From: Terrimicrobiaceae bacterium | Lineage (GTDB): Bacteria; Verrucomicrobiota; Verrucomicrobiia; Chthoniobacterales; Terrimicrobiaceae | DNA: 64,000 nucleotides | Direction: 5' to 3' | Assembly: GCA_041752695.1 (NCBI GenBank) | Contig: JBGSVZ010000036.1 | Coordinates: forward strand, 1 to 64,000 | In this document: piece after piece, positions 57,079 to 64,000 of the stretch | Numbering within the stretch: position 1 is the stretch's first letter | Layout of the letters: each line of letters begins with the position of its first letter | Notes under the pieces: model-generated | What the model saw: the letters and a program-made list of their open reading frames with translations, nothing else | What the model was told of the DNA's origin: nothing | Database searches by the model: none | Made by a program: the position numbers and the translations under genes

Positions 57079-57741
57079 ATGGTTCATCTCAAAGCCACCG
57101 ACCTCAAACGTTCCTTCCAGATCGGCAAGACCCGCATTGATGTGTTGAAGGGCATTTCTCTGGAAATCACCCAGGGCGAGATGGTGTTTTTCTGCGGGGC
57201 CTCCGGCGCTGGGAAAACGACCTTGCTTTACACCGTCGCCGGTCTGGAGCGCCCCGAGGCGGGAAGGGTGCATTTTGAAGAGACCGACATCTACGCGATG
57301 AGCACCGACCGGCTGGCCACGCTCCGCAATCAGCGCATGGGTTTTGTTTTTCAATCGTATTTTCTGCTCCCCGAACTCACCGCTTTGGAGAATGTCCTCC
57401 TGCCCGCCATGATGGGCGGGCGGGCGCGTCAGCCTCAAGCCGAGGCCCTGCTGGACCGCGTTGGCCTGAAGGACCGGTTGAACCATCTACCCTCCGAGCT
57501 TAGTGGCGGCGAGCAGCAGCGCGTCGCCATCGCGCGTTCGCTGATCAACGATCCTACCATCCTTTTCGCCGATGAACCCACCGGCAATCTCGATTCTCAC
57601 ACCGGTGCCACCATTATCGACCTGCTTCTGGGGGTAGCACGGGAAGACAAGCGTACGCTTCTCGTCGTCACCCACGACGAAGTCCTCGCCCGGCGCGGTG
57701 ACCGTCTCCTGCGCATTGAGGATGGCATGATCGCAGTCTAG
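57079..57741 (+). CDS. LolD-like ABC transporter ATP-binding protein
   Basis: [29 protein letters not shown]. Confidence 0.92.
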   Translation: MVHLKATDLKRSFQIGKTRIDVLKGISLEITQGEMVFFCGASGAGKTTLLYTVAGLERPEAGRVHFEETDIYAMSTDRLATLRNQRMGFVFQSYFLLPELTALENVLLPAMMGGRARQPQAEALLDRVGLKDRLNHLPSELSGGEQQRVAIARSLINDPTILFADEPTGNLDSHTGATIIDLLLGVAREDKRTLLVVTHDEVLARRGDRLLRIEDGMIAV

Positions 57742-57810
57742 CCTCCCCTGTCCGTTGTTCGGCGCGCAAAAAGGATGCCATTCCCCCCAACGCGGGCTAT
57801 TCACGTTGGC

Positions 57811-58257
57811 ATGATTGAAATTAGCGCCGTTATCGTGCTCATTGCCGCCACCGTCTTGGTGCATGGTTTTGGCACCTATGCGCTGGTCGGTGGATTGCTT
57901 CGGGAATCCCGCGCCAAATGGGATCACGTCTCGACCTTCCGAATGCAATTTGTTCTTGCGCGGGTGGTGATGGCAATTTTTGCCCTGCATTTGGTGGAAG
58001 CTGCCATCTGGGCCACTTTTTACACCTGGAGCGGAGCGTTGCCGGATTTTCGCACTGCGCTGTATTTTTCGCTGGCGAGTTACACCACCGTTGGCTACGG
58101 CGACGTGGTGTTAGGGGAAGCGTGGCGGCTGCTCGGAGTCTTCGAGGCCTGCATCGGCGTGCTTATGCTGGGCTGGTCCACCGGGATCCTCTTTGCCTTG
58201 GTCTCCCGGCAGTTCGAGAGTCACCTCCACGGGGAGAGCAAGGCCGCGAAAAGTTGA
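57811..58257 (+). CDS. Small potassium-channel (Ion_trans_2) protein
   Basis: Selectivity filter TTVGYGD flanked by TM helices. Confidence 0.85.
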   Translation: MIEISAVIVLIAATVLVHGFGTYALVGGLLRESRAKWDHVSTFRMQFVLARVVMAIFALHLVEAAIWATFYTWSGALPDFRTALYFSLASYTTVGYGDVVLGEAWRLLGVFEACIGVLMLGWSTGILFALVSRQFESHLHGESKAAKS

Positions 58258-58299
58258 GGAGACGGGGCGAAAGATATTCCGTCGTCGCGTGGGTCGCTT

Positions 58300-58815
58300 C
58301 TACGGGTTGAGTCTCCAGAGGGTGAAATTCAGCATCGCCGCGAAACTGACCCACGCGAAATACGGGACCAGCAGCCATCCCGCCAGGATGTTTCTCCGGA
58401 TGAACGCCATCACCGTGAAGCCGATCGTCACCAACAGAAGCAGGATTTCCGCGAACGCAATTCCCGGAAGATGCAGGCCGAAAAAGAGGGGTGTCCAGGC
58501 GGCGTTCAGCGCGAGTTGCACGAGGAAAAGCACGAGCGCGTGCCGCTGCGCCGCGAAACCCCCGCGCTGCCAGACCAGCCACACGGCCACCGCCATCATC
58601 GTGTAGAGCACCGTCCAAACCGGCCCGAAGATCCAGTTGGGCGGATTCCAGGAGGGCTTTTTCAGACCCGCGTACCAAGCGTCCGGCATAAACATCGTCC
58701 CCAACACTGCCGCACCGAAAGTCAGGCCCAGCCACCCCGCCAGGCCCAGCCAGCGCGGCATTCCGACGATAGGCTGGTCAGGTTGGGAAGACTGGGAGGG
58801 TGGCAGGGTCATCAT
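58300..58815 (-). CDS. tspO: TspO/MBR tryptophan-rich sensory protein
   Basis: WYAGLKKPSWNPPNWIFGPVWT.LY, LN..W..LFFG, PY..W. Confidence 0.9.
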   Translation of the reverse strand: MMTLPPSQSSQPDQPIVGMPRWLGLAGWLGLTFGAAVLGTMFMPDAWYAGLKKPSWNPPNWIFGPVWTVLYTMMAVAVWLVWQRGGFAAQRHALVLFLVQLALNAAWTPLFFGLHLPGIAFAEILLLLVTIGFTVMAFIRRNILAGWLLVPYFAWVSFAAMLNFTLWRLNP

Positions 58816-58916
58816 GCAGTGGGTTTCCGAGCAATCGTTGTTCCTGATGTCGTTGGCCTCACGGTAATCCGCAGGGGCACAAACGGGCCAGACATCGACC
58901 GGTCCCCCAAAGGGAC

Positions 58917-61490
58917 CTACGGAACCGCCGTCACATTGTCGAACGTGGCACTCTGTAGCCCTGATTTGCCGCTGGAAACAGCCAGCCCGATGAAGACGCT
59001 CTCTCCCAGCGCGACGGTATTTTTCGAGCGCAATTTGGTCCAGGTCGAGCCATTCGAGGAACGATAGGCCGTCAAGACATTGCCTTCCCGGATGATCCGG
59101 ACCCAATACGGCAGGGAAGCCTTCCCGGCACCGGCGGAGTCAGTGGCACGGCCGGGCCGATCACGGGTCACCAACTGGAGTGGTCCCTTTGCTTGGGGTC
59201 CGAGGAACATGCCAGCCGATCCGGCCGTGAGATCGGAGCGGATCATCACGCCTGCGCTCGCGTTTTGATCGCCCGCGCTGAAAGGGAGTTCCACCACTCT
59301 GGCGGTGATGCTGCAATCGCCGGTAGCTTCAAGATACGCGAAATGGAATGAGTCGGCCTTGCCACGGAGGAAGCCCGCGCCATTTACCAGGAAGGTTCCC
59401 GAGGTCTCGCCGGAGGATCCCGCAGCGCCAACTGTGCCGATTTCTGAACTGGCCCAGCCCGCAGGTAGCGTCGCGGCCGCATAGGTGGCAGTGTACGTGG
59501 TATCCACGAGTGGAGTGGACATGGTGTGATTAGCCCCGCCGCCATTGGACCACGACACAAACTCATAGATCGCCCCGTTTGAAGTCTGCACTGCAGCGGC
59601 GCCGATCGGCCGCTGGAAACCCGCCACGCTGACAAAACTGTCCGGAGCCACCACCGGCTGGCCGTCGCGGGTCAGCAACAATCCCGCCGGGACACTGGCG
59701 AGGGTAATGGTGGAAGTTTTCGGGCTGATGATCTGCCGGGTGGTGGACGTGAGTCCCTCGCTGTCGGTGACCACAAGAGTGATCGCATAGGCCACGTCGG
59801 CCAGGGTGTAGGGACCGACCGTCACCGGAGTGAAGGTGCCGGAAGTGACATCGTCCAACGTGAGGAACGGACGGGTGAGACCGGGCAGTTGATCGTTGTC
59901 CTGATCACCCTGGTCAAGGGATGTGAGGAAGCTGATGGTCCATGAAAACGAATTTGCTCCCAGCGTGCCGTCTTCCGGATCGGTGGCCGTGCCCGAGAAC
60001 GAGATCGCCTGGCCGGCAACGAATTTGGAATCGGTCAGTCCTCCCGTGATGGTGACGACCGGCGCGTTGGGCGCGGAACCCGAGGTCACAGTCAACCGCG
60101 CGGCGCTGCTCGTCGCGGATCCTTTGGCGTTGGAGGCAACGGCCCGGAATCGCGCGTTGTGGTCCGCGAGCGAAACGGTGAAGGTGAGCGTTTTTGCGGT
60201 GGCCCCATTAATGTTGGTGTAGTTCACCCCATTATTGTCGCTGCGCTGCCATTGAAAACTGGCACTGCCGGAAGCCTCAACGGCGAAGGTCACCGGCTTT
60301 CCCACCTCGACCGTCTGATCTTCAGGCTGGATGGTGATCTGCGGGCCTGCGCCGGAGCGCGTCACCTTAAAAACCTCCCTCGTCCCAAAGGCGAGATAAT
60401 ACAGGCTCCCGTCGTCCCCGACCTTGAGATCGACCGCGCCGGCCCCGGTGGCGAACCGCGTGACCTGCTTGGTCACCGGATCGATGCGATAGATCCAGCC
60501 GACGCCAAAATCTGCGAAAAAGTAGTCCCCTTGGTATTCCGCGCCGAAGGTGTTCGAGGACGGATTATAAAACGCTCCGCCCGTGATAACATTCCCCGCC
60601 GGCTTGGTGACGGCCGCGTTGTGGTTGTAGGCGAAAAAGGGGCGGGCGAATTCCGGAAAAGACGACTGCTTGAAATCCCCCTCGGTCGTCGGCCATCCGA
60701 AATTGAGCCCCCGGCCCGACTGGCTTAACCCGCCGTCGTTGATTTCCTCCCAGGTGTTCTGCCCCACGTCGTTTATGAACAAGCGGCCGGTGCCTGGCTG
60801 AAACGTGAAGGTAAAGGGATTCCGCAATCCCAGCGACCAGACGGCGTCGATGTTCGGCCCCGTGCTGTCGTAAAACGGATTGTCGAGCGGAATGGTGCCG
60901 TCCGCATTGACCCGGAGGATCTTGCCGTGCTGACTCGTCAGCAACTGCGAATCGCTGCCGTTGGCATTGTCCCCCGTCGCAATGTAAAGCTTGCCGTCCG
61001 GTCCGAAATGAATGGCACCCCCGTTGTGGTAACCCGCCGCGTGTGCATCCCCCTCCCAAATGATCTGCTCACTGCCCGACAGCGCCAGATTGCCCGAGCT
61101 ATCCGCGGTGAAACGGCTTACCCGATTGCGGAAGTCGGCCGTATCCGTGGTGTAATACACGTAAACGTATCGATTCGTCGCAAAGTTCGGATCGAACGCG
61201 ACACCGAGCAGCCCGCGTTCACTCAGCGTATTGACCGACAGCGGGGCATTGACAAAAAAATTCGCCGCCAGCTCTGTCCCGTTTTGCCAGACCGCCATGC
61301 TTCCGCTTTTTTGCGTGATGAAAATTTTTCCATCCGGACGCAGTTCCATGGCCGTCGGCAGAGAGCCAACACTGGCCACCGAAGTTTCTGTGAAACCCGC
61401 AGGTAGATTTGCCGCGCAAATCTCCGCGGGTGCAAGGACCAGGGCCGACACGACTATCGCGGCCCCAATTCGAACCGAAAAAGAAATCAT
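58917..61490 (-). CDS. Secreted PQQ-dependent sugar dehydrogenase-like protein with Ig and C-terminal beta-sandwich domains
   Basis: Signal peptide; ERGLLG, HNGGAIHFGPDGKLY, GLRNPF, DVGQNTWEE. Confidence 0.85.
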   Translation of the reverse strand: MISFSVRIGAAIVVSALVLAPAEICAANLPAGFTETSVASVGSLPTAMELRPDGKIFITQKSGSMAVWQNGTELAANFFVNAPLSVNTLSERGLLGVAFDPNFATNRYVYVYYTTDTADFRNRVSRFTADSSGNLALSGSEQIIWEGDAHAAGYHNGGAIHFGPDGKLYIATGDNANGSDSQLLTSQHGKILRVNADGTIPLDNPFYDSTGPNIDAVWSLGLRNPFTFTFQPGTGRLFINDVGQNTWEEINDGGLSQSGRGLNFGWPTTEGDFKQSSFPEFARPFFAYNHNAAVTKPAGNVITGGAFYNPSSNTFGAEYQGDYFFADFGVGWIYRIDPVTKQVTRFATGAGAVDLKVGDDGSLYYLAFGTREVFKVTRSGAGPQITIQPEDQTVEVGKPVTFAVEASGSASFQWQRSDNNGVNYTNINGATAKTLTFTVSLADHNARFRAVASNAKGSATSSAARLTVTSGSAPNAPVVTITGGLTDSKFVAGQAISFSGTATDPEDGTLGANSFSWTISFLTSLDQGDQDNDQLPGLTRPFLTLDDVTSGTFTPVTVGPYTLADVAYAITLVVTDSEGLTSTTRQIISPKTSTITLASVPAGLLLTRDGQPVVAPDSFVSVAGFQRPIGAAAVQTSNGAIYEFVSWSNGGGANHTMSTPLVDTTYTATYAAATLPAGWASSEIGTVGAAGSSGETSGTFLVNGAGFLRGKADSFHFAYLEATGDCSITARVVELPFSAGDQNASAGVMIRSDLTAGSAGMFLGPQAKGPLQLVTRDRPGRATDSAGAGKASLPYWVRIIREGNVLTAYRSSNGSTWTKLRSKNTVALGESVFIGLAVSSGKSGLQSATFDNVTAVP

Positions 61491-61760
61491 CGGTCGCTTC
61501 TAGCTCGGATCACCCTGCGAGCAATGAAAATTCGTATCCCGCCCGCTCCCCTTGAGGATGTCTGATCCTTGTACCACTCCTCACTCCGGTGAGTACCAGC
61601 GAGCGGGTGCCCGGCCAAGGTCGTGAACCGCCAAGCGCGGCGCCCCCCTCGAATACGAACAAAATCGAGCAGAAGGCCCAGCGTACAAGCGTCCTCCTTT
61701 CGACGTGGCAATGACAGGATCGACCTTTCCTGCGCCCGGGAAGTTTGAGCGTTAAAAGTT

Positions 61761-61782
61761 CGTTTAATACGGTCTGACCCCT
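61761..61782 (+). repeat. Solo copy of the transposase right end
   Basis: CGTTTAATACGGTCTGACCCCT matches 44998-45019 at 21 of 22 positions. Confidence 0.8.
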
Positions 61783-61878
61783 CGGTTGACCCTGCGGTCT
61801 GCGGACCCGGGTCCTTTCCTTCGAGGCAATTTTTGCCGGTGCCTTTTTCCCAAGTCCCGGCGTATCTTGTCGCCCTTC

Positions 61879-63387
61879 ATGAAATCAGGAATTTGTTACC
61901 TCACAGGCGCCGGTCCGGGAGACCCCGGGCTTTTCACCCTCAAAGGCCGCGCCTGCCTGGAGAAGGCCGATATCGTCATCTATGACTACCTCTGCAATCC
62001 GGTCTTGCTGAATTTTGCCCCAGCCACCGCCGAGCGCATCTATGTCGGGAAGAAGGCCGGGGCGCACACCCTCACGCAGGACGAAATCAACGCGCTCCTC
62101 GTGGAGAAAACCAAGGGCAAAAAGGTCGTCGTCCGGCTGAAGGGAGGCGATCCGTTTTTGTTTGGCCGCGGGGGCGAGGAAGCCGAGGCGCTGGCGGCGG
62201 CGGGATGTCGCTTTGAAATCGTTCCCGGGGTGTCGTCCGCCCTGGCCGGACCGGCGTATGCGGGCATTCCGGTGACCCATCGCTCGCACAACACGATGCT
62301 GACCATTTTCACGGGACATGAAGATCCCACCAAGGCGGAATCGTCCCTCAACTACGCCGCCCTTGCCGGGGCGCCCGGCACGAAAGTCATGCTGATGGGC
62401 GTGGAACGCCTGGGCGTGATCACTGCCGGCCTGCGGGAGGCGGGCATGGACGCCGCCACTCCTGTGGCCCTCGTGCGCTGGGCCACCACGGGCGCTCAAG
62501 AAACCCTCACGGGGACACTGGCCAGTATCGCCGTGCTGGCGGAGGACGCCGGGTTCAAAGCTCCGGCCGTGGCGGTTTTCGGCACGGTCGTGGACCTTCG
62601 TGACACCCTGAATTGGTTCGAATCGCTGCCCCTCTTTGGCAAACGCATCGCGGTCACTCGCACGCGGAAGCAGGCGGGGGAAATGATCGACCAACTACGG
62701 GCCCTCGGGGCCGACGCCTTCGAGTTGCCCACCATCCGGATCGAACCCGCCCCCAACAAACGCGAATTTTACGAACTCGTCCTCGACGCCCATGCGTACG
62801 ACTGGCTGGTTTTTACCAGTCCGAACGGGGTGGATGCGTTTTTCGCCGCGTTTTACGAAATCTACAAAGACGCCCGCGAGCTCGGCGGCGTCCGCATCGC
62901 GGCCATCGGACCCGCCACCGCGGAGCGGGTGCGGGCGTTCCATCTCGCGGTCGATCTTCAGCCGGAAAAATATGTCGCGGAAGCCATCGTCGATGCCTTG
63001 CAAAAAGAAACCACGGTCGAGAACCTGAAGTTTCTCCTCGCCCGGGCCGAGGGCGCACGCGAGGTCCTGGCCACCCAACTGACCAAACTCGGTGCCATCG
63101 TTGACGAAGCCATCGCCTATCGCACAGTGCCGGAAACCGGGGACGTCACCGGCGGCATCCAGCGATTCCGCGAGGAGGGGGCCGACATCATCACCTTTAC
63201 GAGTTCCTCCACCGCGGAAAATTTTCTCGCGCTCAACCTGCCCATGCCGGCCGGGATCAAGACCGCGAGCATCGGTCCGATCACGTCAAAAACGATGAAG
63301 ACGCTCGGCCTCCCTGTGAGTGTCGAAGCGAAAACCCACGACATCCCCGGCTTGGTGGAGGCGATGGTGAAGGCATTCGGAGCCTAA
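61879..63387 (+). CDS. cobA: Uroporphyrinogen-III C-methyltransferase/synthase fusion (CobA-HemD)
   Basis: GAGPGDP, RLKGGDPFLFGRGGEE; HemD half with VTR, FTSPNGV, FTSSST. Confidence 0.93.
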   Translation: MKSGICYLTGAGPGDPGLFTLKGRACLEKADIVIYDYLCNPVLLNFAPATAERIYVGKKAGAHTLTQDEINALLVEKTKGKKVVVRLKGGDPFLFGRGGEEAEALAAAGCRFEIVPGVSSALAGPAYAGIPVTHRSHNTMLTIFTGHEDPTKAESSLNYAALAGAPGTKVMLMGVERLGVITAGLREAGMDAATPVALVRWATTGAQETLTGTLASIAVLAEDAGFKAPAVAVFGTVVDLRDTLNWFESLPLFGKRIAVTRTRKQAGEMIDQLRALGADAFELPTIRIEPAPNKREFYELVLDAHAYDWLVFTSPNGVDAFFAAFYEIYKDARELGGVRIAAIGPATAERVRAFHLAVDLQPEKYVAEAIVDALQKETTVENLKFLLARAEGAREVLATQLTKLGAIVDEAIAYRTVPETGDVTGGIQRFREEGADIITFTSSSTAENFLALNLPMPAGIKTASIGPITSKTMKTLGLPVSVEAKTHDIPGLVEAMVKAFGA

Positions 63388-63404
63388 AAACGCTCAATCT
63401 TGAT

Positions 63405-64000
63405 TCAAATTTCCGCGCAGGCGGCGAGCACGTCTTGAAAAGGAACGTCTTCGAATTGGCCAAAGGCAGGGTTTCCACCCAGGCGGTCGCGGGAGGTGGC
63501 CGGGCTGGTGATGCCGCATAAAAACCGCGCGAGCTGGCGCGGCGAGCGCAGGGCGGGCAAACGTTGTCGGGCGAGGTCGGCGAGGATTTTGCGATCTGCG
63601 GACGACAATATTCTCGCGGGTCGACGGGGGAGGTGGCGGTCAGGGGCCGGGGGGGACTGGCAATGGCCGCAATGCCCGCAATCTTCCATGGACTCTCCAA
63701 AGTAGGCCAGCAGAGCGCGGGTGGTGCACCCGGGATGCAGGGCCAGCGCCACCACTTGGTCGAGGCGGTCGAGATCCTTGGTTTCCCGTTTGGTGAAGGT
63801 GTCCGCCAACCAGCAGGCCAGCTCGGACGGCAGGCGGGCGGTGGCTCCAGCGAGCAGGCGGTAGCGGTGTCGGACGCCCGAGGGTTTGAGTTCGATGGCG
63901 CCGTTTTCCTCCAGATAATGCAGCGCCTTGAGAATGCGGTCGCGGGATTCCCCCAGCGCGACGGCGGAGTCGGCCACATCGAGGGTGAGCCAGCGGCGGC
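63405..64000 (-). CDS. recQ: RecQ-family helicase, C-terminal part (5' end outside window)
   Basis: Zn-binding GC...LLAYFGE...CGHCGHC. Confidence 0.75.
   Translation of the reverse strand, partial: RRWLTLDVADSAVALGESRDRILKALHYLEENGAIELKPSGVRHRYRLLAGATARLPSELACWLADTFTKRETKDLDRLDQVVALALHPGCTTRALLAYFGESMEDCGHCGHCQSPPAPDRHLPRRPARILSSADRKILADLARQRLPALRSPRQLARFLCGITSPATSRDRLGGNPAFGQFEDVPFQDVLAACAEI

Noticed and set aside
1..64000. CRISPR array, tRNA, rRNA, prophage, integron integrase
   Set aside because: I saw no regularly spaced repeats, cloverleafs, rRNA motifs, phage gene cluster or tyrosine recombinase by eye; tRNAscan and CRISPR finders were not run

Overview
This is a GC-rich bacterial chromosome segment, most likely Verrucomicrobiota (inferred from a PEP-CTERM protein, a verrucomicrobial-style C-terminal domain on a giant secreted protein, and mostly SD-less starts). 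It opens with a Wadjet-type jetB-jetC-jetD defence operon. Housekeeping genes include glpX, glmS, glgC, glgX, yhbY, an rsmH paralogue, phoBR-like, cysJ-like, mpl, an Fpg/Nei glycosylase, cobA-hemD and a partial recQ. Accessory content includes a purine-oxidation locus (deaminase, xanthine-dehydrogenase family, secreted unknowns), vapBC and three AraC/catabolic modules. The most notable observations are these. (1) A solitary, promoterless integron-type gene cassette (ankyrin gene plus a canonical attC, 18938-19743) appears integrated at a non-att palindromic site, with no integrase in the window. (2) A Y1/HUH transposase is bounded by perfect 19-bp inverted repeats, and related ends are dispersed elsewhere in the window. 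(3) A 1919-aa secreted gingipain-like protein carries phage-structural-type repeat modules inserted inside two of its domains. (4) There is a candidate purine riboswitch and a candidate ~60-nt sRNA. I saw no rRNA, tRNA or CRISPR array. All family assignments come from motif recognition by eye, not from database searches.
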